NCBI RefSeq assembly: GCF_009914755.1
Contig: NC_060940.1
Length of the DNA stretch: 64,000 nucleotides
From: the human T2T-CHM13v2.0 reference genome, Homo sapiens
Direction: 5' to 3' (one strand)
The notes under the pieces were generated by a model. The model saw only the letters and a program-made list of their open reading frames with translations, did not search any database and had not been told where the DNA came from. Below, in pieces: positions 1-11,600 of this stretch; the first letter of the stretch is position 1; each line of letters begins with the position of its first letter. The position numbers and the translations under genes are program-made.

Positions 1-1419
1 CTTCCCAGTAAATCTAAGATGCAGAAGATGGAGCCAGTGAGTGTCCTCCCCAGGGTGGTCTCTGACTTTCACATCCACACCTTCCCTCAAGGCTAGGGCC
101 CCACCTGCTCACCTTCCTCCTTTATTAGTGTTGATTATATTTTCCTAAAAGGTAGACAGCCAAGGTCTATCAGAAAGGCACCCTGGCCCACAACTAGCCT
201 TCATCCCCTATACTTTCTATGCTGCACCACCTCCAGGGCCGCCAGGGTCAGGGCATGTGCACAAACCAGGATTTGGACATGCATCAGGTTTTGGGCTCTA
301 CAGAAGGGACTTGAGGCTCAGTGACCGTTTACCCTGATTCTCTGTCATGACAGACAGGGAAACTGAGGCCTTGGAAACAAAGAAGGTACTCAACCACTTA
401 GGAACTGCCTGTCTTAGGAGGGGCCCAGTTTCTGTCTTCTCCAATGGATACCATGAAAGGCAGAGGCTGAGACTCAGTTCTGCAGCTTCACTACTCAAGG
501 AGTAGTCTTTGATGGAGTCTCCGTTACTCATAGAAAAGATAGGCCAGACACCCCCATCACAGGGACATCACAGGTTCTAAGGAAAGGAGGTTTGCTGAGT
601 GCTGCAATCTCAGGGCTCAGTCCAAGACTCTGTCCCCACAAGTTTCAGGATCCTGGCCCCCACCCTTCCTGCCCCAGTCTCACACACATCGATATAATCC
701 TATAGGACAATTTCCAACATCAGCAAATCAGTGAGAATTATGCCCACAGAAGGCACAGCACCCTGTGCCATCAAGGTGGTAGCAGTGATGAGCACCAATT
801 CTCAGCTTCCCACACAAAGCCCGTCCTTTGAACTGTCACCAACCCATGTCTCCTTGACCCCCCTACCCAATCTCCTACTTGGAGCCTCCAAGGACCCTCA
901 GCTTCCTTACCCAAAATCTTTCCCTTCTCTTTCCACAGCTGGCCTACAAAGACACCAAGCACCTTCTAGTTATCTCTATGGTGAGATTTCAATAAGTCAC
1001 AAAGTCAGTCTTCCCCAGCCTCACTCTTCCCCAAATCTACTCTGAGCCCAGCTCTCCCAGGCTCTTTCTCTGGTCTCTCTAATGAAGGCATTCCAAGCAC
1101 TGTGTCCACAGGAGGGTAGGGCCAGAGGAGGAAGACACTGTGCTCTCTTGATGTGGAGAACTCCAGCTGGGAGGGAGAAGCCCTGTCCTTGACTCCCTGG
1201 TGCCCATTCTGTCCACAGGTCCACTCACCTGCTGCTGAAGCCCCATCTGGACTCTCTAAAAATGTCCCTAATTAGCAGAGTCAGAAACAGGGGCAGTGAG
1301 ACTGTGCTTCCCTCACCAAGTTACAACCCAGCCCCACCAACCTCAGATCATTGATAACTGCCTTAGTCAGCTGGTGCAATGCTTCTACCACCTCCAGTAG
1401 GCCTGGATTCTAGATTTAC

Positions 1420-2215
1420 TTCCAGATCCAACATTCACTGCGTGTGTAACCTCGGGCATGCACCTGGGCCTCCCTGAGACTGTTTCCTCACCTGAGAAGT
1501 GTTGTTATACCCAACGAGTTAGAGAAAGCGCCACACTCTGAGATGAATTAAGAGTCCTTTATTAAGCCGGCGGCCAAAGAGATGGCTAACGCTCAAAATT
1601 TTCTCCGCCCCAAGGAAGGAGCTTGATTAACTTTTATACCTAGGTTTAGGAAGGTGAGGGGAACTCAAATGCAATAATTCTATAGAAGTAAAAACATGCA
1701 AGTATCAAAAAAACAAACGGTTACAAAGAGATAAACAATTTAAAAGACAAATGGTTACAAAAAGAGCAACAGTACCAGGTGCAGGGCTCTAAATCCTTCA
1801 TTATAATTAGATATAGGTGCTATGCCGGACAAGAACTCAAGGTTTTATGTTGTTGTCCCTTTGAGAAAAATCCTGGGAACTTCATACACTGTTGGTGCCA
1901 GTACCTTATCAGTTAATTGGGCTCCTTTGAAATGCTGAGGATCTGCTTAACACAGGTCAACTCCTTGCGGAAGGGGGTTGGGTAAGGAGCCCTTAGTGTC
2001 TTGTAAATTAAGGGGTCAATTGGAGTTCGACCAGCTTTCCCAGCTAGAGAGAGTCTTATTTACATGAGAAGCAAGGCTAGGTGATTAAAGAGCCAAACAG
2101 GATAAAATTCAAAGTAGCCAGTTAGAGTAAAAACAAGGTTAGGCATTTCAATGTGGTGGGAACACCTTCCTCGTAGGGCCTCCTGAGGACCCAGTTGCAT
2201 GTGGCTATCACCACT
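1420..2215 (-). repeat. MIR SINE split by an LTR insertion
   Basis: 'tgtgtaacctcgggc...tgtttcctcacctgagaa' (to 1502) resumes at 2151 as 'atgtggtgggaacaccttcctcgtagggcctcctgagga'. This matches the MIR core on both sides of the LTR. Confidence 0.55.
1503..2150 (-). mobile_element. Solo ERV1 LTR related to LTR6 (HERV-T/S71 group); exact subfamily uncertain
   Basis: The minus strand begins TGAAATGCCTAACCTTGTTTTTACT and ends ...AATAAAGGACTCTTAATTCATCTCAGAGTGTGGCGCTTTCTCTAACTCGTTGGGTATAACA. That end closely resembles the LTR6B R/U5 at 40350-40418. The 4-bp TSD is gtgt (1499-1502) / atgt (2151-2154). Confidence 0.8.
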
Positions 2216-2324
2216 GTTCTCACCATCATCCCTCTCAGGAAGAGGTAGGCACAAGAACTCTCAAATTTCCTTCCTCCGTTGCACCTTATCATGACCCTGA
2301 AAGGCCTGCACAACAGACTTCCTG

Positions 2325-2400
2325 CATTCTCCAGATGAGGAAACGGTGGCCCAAAGATGGCAGTGACTTGCCCAAGGTCCCACAAGAGAGGCTGGTTCCT
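2325..2400 (+). repeat. MIR SINE fragment
   Basis: 'cagatgaggaaacggtggcccaaagatggcagtgacttgcccaaggtcccaca' is the MIR core motif. Confidence 0.65.
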
Positions 2401-2714
2401 CCTCCCACCTGGAGGGCCTCCCCTAGCTCCCTTCATGCCACACACCAGCACCACTACTGGTTAGGGTCCCATCCTCTAGACTCTATGGGAGTCCACACCC
2501 CCATCCAGGGCCAGCTGTGGTGGAAAAGGGACATGGTGTATTGGGTGGCCTGGTCGAGCAGTGCCAACTTGTCCCAACTTCACTGGGATTGCAATCTCAC
2601 AAGCTGGGTTTGAGGGTATGCCAAAGACTTCACCTCCCTATTGATCCACCAAGAAAGATTCGCACACAGAAGTCTCTTTCTTTATCCACTCCCTTTAGTT
2701 CACGCGTGTTCCCC

Positions 2715-4960
2715 ACCCACCAGCTGCCGGCCTCCACTGTCACTGATACCCAGGGCTGATCTCACCTGCCTTGACAAGGCTGCTGAGATTCAGGTGGACC
2801 TAAACAGATGTTTGGCTCAGACAGGTCACTTCAGGCTTGTGTCCTGGGCCATCCCCCTTGCTCTTCAGAAGGCCCCTGCCAGCGTCAGTGTGCCAAGCCC
2901 TGACCCTAGTGATCTCTCCGTAAGGACTGCATCTCACCCACCCTCTATCACCAGGGCTCCTGCTCAGCCCTTGTCACTTTCCCAGGACAAATCTAGCTTC
3001 ACAGACACGTCTAGATCCTGTGCATTTCTCTTTGTGGTGTTCAAAGAAAAAGAATAATTTCCATTTTTTTTCTAACTTGACCTACAACCTATTTATTGTG
3101 AAGATGTCCAGGCTGCAGGCCATGTCTACTCACCTACTCAGAAGGCTTCAGCTCTTGCTTTAGTGCCTTCTGGGTCCATTCTGTCGCTAAATGTTTATGA
3201 CCTCAAGGGGGAAGCATGAGCAAATGCAATTCCATTGGTACCAGTGCAGTGAGGGTGGGGCCAGAAGGGTGAAACTCACTGGGATTATATAGAAATTTTA
3301 TACAAGATACACATTTCAAGATTGGTTTGGAGAAATGCAGGAAGAACTATCTTTCATAGATGACAGTATGTAGAACTTAAGTTTCTTAGCCAGAAGTTCA
3401 CGGGTCCCTCTTACTAAATGTGGCAATATGTGATGATATCCCAATGGCCATAACACACACACATAATTTATGGGACTCATTTTGTATTAGAAATTGTGCA
3501 TTTCAGCCAAAAGTTTTTTACACATGGATAGTTTCCCACATTGCTTGAAGATTGGAAGTGAGAGCACTTTATGAAATGTCCTTTTGGACACACTTTCATT
3601 GAAGGTTCCATGTCCCAAGGAGCAAAGAGACAAGTCATGATCAAGTGGCCTTATCATATGGGGTGATGCCTGGTCTCATGATTGAGGAAATCAAGAATGC
3701 AGACACACCAAGGGTGATGTTGGAGGAGAGGTTTAATAGGTGAAAGAAAGAGAACAACTCTCCACTGCAGAGAGGGATCCTCAAAAACTCTTGACTTTCA
3801 GGAGTGAAATGCAATGGTTTTTATACATGAGCTAGTGGAAGGGAGTGTCTTATCCACATAGGGCATGAAAAAATGGTTAGGACCAGGTGTGTCATCTCCA
3901 TAGAACACGAATCTCTGGCAGCCCACACTCCAACCTTTTATTATGCAGGCGGGTTCTTAGCCTGAGCTACTCCAAGTTGCTTATCTCTTTCCTACTGTGC
4001 ATGTGCAAAAAAGTTGGGTGGAGCCCCCCATGTTGAATGTGTCTGGCCTGAGGTGGTCCCTTCTTTTGGTGCAGCTGCAGTCATACCCTCTCATATAAGC
4101 TTCTAGCTTCCTTATCTATGATTGCAGCCCCATCTTCCAGGTTGCTCTTTGTTAAAGAGAAGTGATTTCTTGGGCTGCTTTTCTTTAGAAGGGACGTTCT
4201 GCCGAGGACTGTGCTGTATCTGACTAGCTAGTTTCTTTCTACCTCCACTCTCAATGATAACTGTCCAGCTTTTAAGGGCATCATGGGGTTGGGAACAAAT
4301 TTGAGACCACAAAGTACCTTAGAATACGACTTTACCCTTCTATCAACTTTAGTGTGAATTGCACATCTACTGTAATATCTGCTTCATGCACTACTGAATA
4401 TAACAAGAAGGGAAAATGTGTATCTTCTAAGAATCCAGATGACAAACAGACTTTCCACAGATTCTTTGCATCCTCCTGTTTCTAGAGCTTGGTCATTCCA
4501 GTGTAGATTGTTCTCTTCGGAAACAGCAGGTGATGAGGAAGCCTAGGCTGGCAAGCAGGACACTGTGGATTACTTGTTGCGGAGGTGTTTCCGTGGGGTC
4601 ACTAAAGGGGCAGGCACAGCAGCCCACAGGACAGCTTCAGCAGCGATTCCCTCTGGCTCTGCCCCAGCAAGGTAAGGCAGCCAGCAAAGCTCTGATTCCT
4701 TGTCCTAAAGGGCGACCTCGGCCGGGTAAGCCCCAGCCTCCAGAAAAAAAGGGCAGTATCAGGGAGCGCCCCACGTTACGGCCTTGTTGTGGGCTGCACC
4801 TGCAGCCTCACTGGTGCATGACTTCTAGGTTCTGTTCTGGTCCTTCAGGAGGCAGAAGATGATGTTTCTCTTCAATTCACCACCCTGTTGGCTGGGCCTG
4901 GGAAGGACTCGAGGTCTGCACGGTGGTTTCCGAGTCTCCAGCACCCAGTTTTCCCAATGT
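2715..4960. repeat. Ancient tandem duplication, copy A (~1.6 kb excluding the LTR)
   Basis: Colinear with 5790-7420. Examples: 'ggctgctgagattcag', 'ccagggctcctgctcagc', 'acagacacgtctagatcctgtg'/'acagacatgtctagaccctgtg', 'catggatagtttcccacatt', 'aaagtacctt(a/g)gaat'. Confidence 0.85.
3641..4253 (-). mobile_element. Solo ERV1 (MER4-group, MER83/MER84-like) LTR
   Basis: The minus strand starts TGAGAGTGGAGGTAGAAAGAAACTAGC...GTCCTCGGCAGAACGTCCCTTCTAAAGAAAAGCAGCCCAAGAAATC. Perfect 4-bp TSD atga (3637-3640 / 4254-4257). Absent from duplication copy B. Confidence 0.75.
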
Positions 4961-5789
4961 GCTGACAAGCAGGATGGCCAGAAGTACCTGGGTGGGGAAG
5001 ACATAGGGTGAGCAGAAGAAGGTGAGCTTCCAGAAAGAGGCCTAACACAAATGCTTAGTGCCTGGGTGGACGCGGATATTGCTAGGTGCTACTTGGGGGC
5101 AAGGCCCTGTGCCCTTCTGGAGATCGCCAAAATAACCACATTCTGCCAGGAGTCACCGGGGATTGTCTGAAATCCTTTGGAAATGATACAGGCCCCTGTT
5201 GCTCAGTAACTGGAAGAAGCTGCAGCTGCAGCCAATCACTCAGGCCACTGAGGGGCGCTGGGACCCACACCGAGTACCCCTTGTACGGCAGCCTGGGAAC
5301 ACAGCCTAGGTCTGTGGCACCAGTGAGAGCGCAGCCCGCACCTCCACTGCCCTGGTTCTCTTCTGGCTCACTCCTCCCGTGGCTGTGCCAAGATTCTAGA
5401 GGCTTGATCTCTGCCTTGCCTGAGAAGTGTGCAAGGCTGGGGAGGCAGAGCAGGGGGAGGTGACGGCCAATAGCCCTGCTACAGTGCTGGGCACTGCGAG
5501 GAGACAGGACAGAGGCGGTCATCTTGTTCTACTCGGAGAGGAGAGGCCAAAACTCATGACACACTATTTTTAGGGGGCCTCCCATTCAAGTCCTATCCAG
5601 TCTCCACTGTCCTACACTTCTCCAGACTGAGGAGATAAGGCTCTGGTAGATGGGCATGGCCACAGAGGTCAGCCTGTCCCCCTGGACAGACCCACAGACT
5701 GATGGAACTGGGCCCTGCACCAAGGAGGCTCTCTCCAGTTGGCAGGGCAGTGGACTCCCGCATTGGCAGTAGGAAGCTCCCTAGCCCCT

Positions 5790-7620
5790 TCCACCAGCCA
5801 CCTTCCTTCAGTGACTGAGATCCTCAGGGCTGAACAGGCCCCCCGTGGCAGGGCTGCTGAGATTCAGATGAGTCGCTTAAGTTTTCAGTGTCCTGTGCTA
5901 TCTTTCCTGGCCTTCAGAAGGCTCCTGCCAGCCTGATTGGGCCAGGCTCTGACCCTGGCTGCATCTCCCTGGGAGCCCCATATCACCTGCCCTCCATCCC
6001 CAGGGCTCCTGCTCAGCACTTCCCATCTTCCTAGGACAAGCCTGGCTCCAACAGACATGTCTAGACCCTGTGTGTTTCTTTTTGTGGTGAGTAACGAAAA
6101 AGAATGATTTCCATTTTCTTTTTATTTTTTTCTAACTTTTAATTTATTTATTGTAAAAATGCTTGGGCTTCAGGAGACCTGACCTACCCCGCCAGGGGTC
6201 TTAGCATTACTACAGTACCTTCCCAACCCACCCTGTCACTAAATATTTCCACTCTTAACAAAATAGGGGGAAGCATAAGCAAGTGCAATTCCACTGGCAC
6301 CAGTGCTTTGAGGATGGGGTCAGAAGGGTCATACCCATTAGGATTCTATAGGAATTCTGTAGAAATAAACATCTCACAGTTTGTTTGGACAGATTGACAT
6401 GGAGAAATAACTTTGATAGGTTCTAGTACACAGAAGTTAAGTTTCCTAACAGCCATGAGCTTACAGGTTCCTCTTGCTGAATTTGGCCATATTTTCTGAT
6501 GTCCAAATTGCCATCATGGGCATACATATGTGGAATAGTTTATACCATTCATTTTTACATTACCAAATGTGCATTTTTGGCCAACAGTGTTTTATACATC
6601 ATGGATAGTTTCCCACATTTCTTGAAAATTGGAAGTGACAGTCATTTATGGAATGTTGTTTTTGACACACTTCCATCTAAGGCTCCATGTCCCCTCAGTG
6701 CTAAGAAGACAAGTAGTCATCATGCTTCCACTTAGAGGGGGCCCAGGGAAAGCAGACATAATATGAGAATGAAAAGTACCTTGGAATCAGAATTCACCTT
6801 TCAATCAGTATGAATCAGAGGTCTATTAGAATAGCCTGTTCATGCACTCTTAAGATTTCAAAGAGGGACAAATGTCACCTTTGAAAAGTCAAAGTGACGA
6901 ATGGACTTCTCTCAGATTTTTTTGTTTTGTTTTGTTTCTGGCACTTGGTCATGCCATGGTAGAGCATTTCTTTTGGAATTACTGGGTGCTGAGAAACCCC
7001 AGGCTTGAAAGCTGGACACCAGGGAGTCCCTGTGGGTGAAGTGTTATTGAGGTCGCTAAAGTGGCAGACACTGCAGCCAGCAGGAAAGCAGCATCCAACA
7101 TTCTCTATGGCACGGCCCAGGTGCTGGGTGAAGCAGCCAGCCCAACAGCTTATTTTATGTGTGGAAGGGTGACCCCGTGCCTCTGCACGGCTCCAGCTTT
7201 CAAGAAACAGGCGCAGGCCAAGGAGTGCCTTGCACGTTTACTGCTGCCACGTGTGGGGCCTGCATCCGCCACTGGGAGCCCCGCTTCTTCCTTCAGTGCC
7301 AGGTCTGTTCCATTCCTTCTGGAAGCTTCAGAGGACTTTCCTCTCTGACTCCCGGCATGTTCACCTGGATGCTGCAGGACCCCATATCTGTGCATTTCCC
7401 GAGTCTCTACAGTGCCTGGTGACCCACTGTGACAAGGAGGATGATCCAAAGTAGGGGATTAGGGCCATGAGGTAAAAAAAAAAAAAAAAAAAAAAAGGAG
7501 AGATGCTGTATGGATGAGGCTTGATGGGACCGCCTCTCATCTGGGGCTGCTGGTGCCACGCGGGCAGGGCTGGTTGCTGCCACGCGAGGTGATCCTCTGT
7601 GCTGAAGATTTTCAACCTTT
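5790..7620. repeat. Ancient tandem duplication, copy B (no LTR)
   Basis: Colinear, diverged homology with 2715-4960, including the empty LTR site near 6715-6725. Confidence 0.85.
7474..7496 (+). repeat. A23 homopolymer
   Basis: 23 consecutive A. The paralogous position near 7985 reads 'gaagaagaaaaagag'. Confidence 0.95.
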
Positions 7621-8140
7621 CCACCCTTTCCCCATCGGGGACGCCTGGGTAACCAGCTAAAGCGCTAGTTCCAGTCCAGAACAGACTGCGGACCCTGGTG
7701 TGGGCTCCAGCCTGCAGGACACGAGCATGAACCTCGGAGCACCCCATATGCCTAGTTTGTTGTGGGCTAGACTGGCACTTCCCACTGGCCTGCTGACTTC
7801 TTCTTGGAGTGTAGGGGTTTTGTTCTGTTCTTTCTGGAGGTGGCAGATGACTTTCCTTCTGGACTTCTTGCCTGTTCACCTGACCTTTGCAGGACCTGAG
7901 ATAGGTGGGGTTCCCGGGTCTCCATAGTGTCAGGCACTCTACTGTGATGACAAATAGGATGACAAAAAGTATGCCGGTGGTTGAGGAAGAAGAAAAAGAG
8001 GAGGAGTGGAACTGCAGGGAGGAGGCACAACAGGATGGCCTCCAGCCTGGGGCAGCTGGGTTGGCAAGATTAGGGCTGGTTGCTGCCCAGGCAGGCAAGG
8101 AGATAAACCATACTGAAGAATGCCATTAGCTCCATCTTCA
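7620..8140. repeat. Third copy of the ~520-bp GC-rich module
   Basis: Shares 'gttcacctg...tgcaggacc', 'ttccc...gtctc..agtg', 'agggctggttgctgcc' and 'ctgaaga' with 7100-7620, and 'tgttgtgggct' with 4640-4960. Confidence 0.75.
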
Positions 8141-8609
8141 GCTTGGCATGCCTGGGCATATCTGAAAACCTTGGGAAAGTGTTCACGTTTTCAGCACTTA
8201 CGAAAAGGAAGAAACAGCAGTTGCAGATGCTCTTCCAGGCCTTCCAGCAGCATCGTAGAACCTGCTCTATGTGACATGTGGGCTGAAGCCTGGGCCTGCA
8301 ACCTCGGGCCAGGGGACCCGTGAACGCAATCGTCTCCATGGCCCCCCTCTTCAAACTTGATTCTCCCCTGGCTGGGCCAGAGTTCAGTTCTCCTCCTCCT
8401 TGGTCTGCCCCATCAGAGTGCAGAGGAGGAAAAATGAGGGGGTGGAGTCAGGAGCCTTTTTCCATTGCTGGTGTACTGAGAAGTATCTGGTTGTGCTTGA
8501 AGGGGAGAGGCCAAAGCCCAGGACATTCTGCTTTTTTAGGTAACTTACGTTTCAAGCCCTATTTGGTCTCCACCAGCTTTTGCTTCTGAGGACAGAGGAG
8601 CTGGGGCTC

Positions 8610-11600
8610 TGTTACATGGATATCTAAAGAGATATCTTGCCCTGAATGACCGAGAGACTGATAGGTCTATCCCAACACCAAGGTAATGTGACTCTCTTTT
8701 GCTACCTGTGCCCTCCCTATGGATTGGACATATCACTGGGCCAAGCAGCAAGGTAATATGACTCTCCTGCTTGTACCCTGCATACACTGGGCATGGTGAC
8801 ATATCACTGAGCCTAGCACCCAGGTGATGTACCTCCTTTTTTGGTACCTGTCAACAAAAGGGATTGTGACATATATCTGTCCCATCACCCAGGTGATGTG
8901 ACTGTTGCCTTCTGTTCACTCACAGATAGGATTATGACCTCCACCTAGGCTCAGCACACAGGCATCATGATGTCTTTCAGATGCAGAACCACCCAATAAA
9001 AGAGATTTTGACTCTCATAGATAGATTTAGGGTGAAGGATAAGGTCCTGAGTCTCCTACTTGTGAAAAGTTACAGAAGAGTCTGACACACACATATATTA
9101 GGAAGCTTTTGGGTGGTACAGAGAGTTTTATAATACAAACCAGAACACAGTTGACATTGTGATTCTCATAGCCACATTCTTCTGAAAATTTGATTTGTCA
9201 CCCTTATAAATGGGCAGAGCCCACTTGTGAGATCTGTAATCTCACATGCAGAAGAAGTCCACAGTTGGAATTGTGACTGTTATATGTAAATCTGGCCACA
9301 GGTGGGATGGTGACTCATTTCTGGACCCAGCTCACAGGCCCAATAATGACTCTAATACCTGGACCCCATCAATAAAATAAATGTTTGCTTTAGTAACTAG
9401 ACTTAGGGCAACAGGGAATGTCCTGGGTTTCTTACTTGTATGAAAGTCACAGAGCCCTACAACAATCAAGCATACAATACAATGTCCTCAGGTGGTAAAG
9501 AGAGTTTCATAACAGGGTCCAGCACACAGATGAAATTGTGACTCTTGTCTGCACACTCAGCTAACTGTAAGGACTATCATCCACCTACATGGGCACAGCC
9601 CATTGTTGAGGTTCTGAATCTCACACCTGAAGGCAGTTGAAAGTTGAAACTGTGACTCTCATACCTGTATCTGGACAACAGGTAAGATGGGGGATTTTGG
9701 ATCAACATTAAACACCCTGTTAGGCTGTTTCTTCTTTATTAGGACACCGTTTTTAGATGAGTTTGGGGATCTCATGCACAGATGCATTCCACTGTTGACA
9801 TTGTGACTCATGTACTTGGACAGAACTCACAAAAGGTGTTGACTTTCATATTTGGAGCCAGGCCATATGCAGTATTGTGAATCTCATCCCTGGACCTTTC
9901 TGCAGGCATGATTTTGACACATATCTTTGCCCAGCAAATGGTTGATTTAACTATTCTGCCAAGGTCCCATCTAAACATGGGATTATGACCTATACCTAGG
10001 CCAAGCACATAGGTGATGTGACTCTCCTGCCTGGGCTATACTCTCAGAGTAGATTTGGAAATGTTTATGCACAAATCACCTAAGTGATGTGACTCTCCTC
10101 TCTGGCCTGGGCTCAGCCCACAAGGGGCTTTGTGACATATCACTGGGTCCATCACCTAGGTGATGTGACTGTCCTCTTCTGTCTGGGCCCCATCCCTATT
10201 TGAAATTTTGACATAACCCTGGGTCCATCACCTAGGTGATGTGACTCTCCTCTCTCCTGTCTGGGCCCCATCCCCATTTGAAATTTTGACATAACCCTGG
10301 GTCTATCACCTAGGTGATATGACTCTTCTCTTTTGCCTTGGACCTGCTTACCTGGGTTATTGTGACGTATTACTGGGCCCAGCACCTGGTAGATTTGACT
10401 ATTCTTTTTTGCCTGGACTTTCCCTGCCAAAAAGATTGTGACAAATCAATGGGCCAAGCACTCAGGTGATGTGGCTCTCCTGTCTAAGCAATGTCTATAG
10501 TTGGGATTGAGAAATCTACCTGGGCCATATTTTCTGGTGACATAACTCTTCTACCTGAGCCCCTTTCTCAGAGGCATTGTGACATATCTCTGTGCCTATC
10601 ACCTAGGTCATATGACTCTTCGCTTTTTTCCTGAGCTCTGTCCACAGGGTAATTTGTGACATATTGCTGAAACCAGGACCCAGGTAATTTGACTCTCCTG
10701 TCTTGTCCCCGCCCACAAAGAGTATTGTGACATATCATTAAGCTCAGCAGCCAGGTGATGTGACTTTCCTGCCAGGGCTCTTCTCTCAAAATGGATACTG
10801 ACATATCTCTGGCCCAGCATTCACGTAATGTGGCTCTCCTTTCTGGTCCCTGCCTACAGGTGGTATTGTCACATATACCTGGGTCCAGTTCACAGGCATA
10901 ATAATGACTATCATACATGGACACAACCAATAGAAGAAATTCTGACTCTTCTAGCTGGGTTTATGGCAATGTATCATGACTTCAGACTCCTATATTTGGA
11001 AAGATCACAAAGTATTAGGAAGCTTGTGCATATTCTATAATGCCCTTTAATGGTACACAGAGTGTCATTACAGGGCCCAGCACACAGCCAACAGTTAAAA
11101 TTGTCAATCTCACACCCGGACATAACAAACTGTTAAGGCCCTGAATCTCACTCATAGACACAGTCCACAGTTGGAATTTTGACTGTCATATGTGAATCTG
11201 GCCATAGGTAAAATGGGTGACTCATTGCTGGACCTAGCTCACAGGCATGGTAATGACTCATATCTGAACCAGTCAATAGAAGGCATGTTGAATCTCATTT
11301 CTGGGCTTGGAGTAACAAGTAAGATCATGGGTTTATATAAGCACAAGGTTTCAGAGTGGATTGCAAGTCTCAAACATATCATAAAAAGCCACAGGTGGTG
11401 CAAAGAATAATAAAACAAGGCCCAGTACAGTGTTGAGGGTTTGACTCTCATTGCATACACTGCCAACAGTAAAGATTTTCACACTCCCACATGGACACAG
11501 TCCACTGTTGAATTTCATGCCCAAATGCAGTCAAAAGTTGGCATTATTATGCTTATATGTGGATCCAGTCTTCAAGTGAGTTGATGAGTCTCTGACCAAG

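Noticed and set aside
1229-1255. 27-nt minus-strand micro-exon (tttttAG...CAG|GTgagt)
   Set aside because: Strong donor but weak acceptor, and no supporting neighbouring exons or homology. Such matches arise by chance.
7474-7496. A23 as a retrotransposon or pseudogene poly(A) tail
   Set aside because: No TSD or polyadenylation signal. The paralogous module has an A-rich stretch at the same place, so this is local slippage.
7361-8098. 245-aa minus-strand ORF as a real gene
   Set aside because: It runs through a T23 homopolymer (poly-Phe) and a duplicated module, with no recognisable domain.
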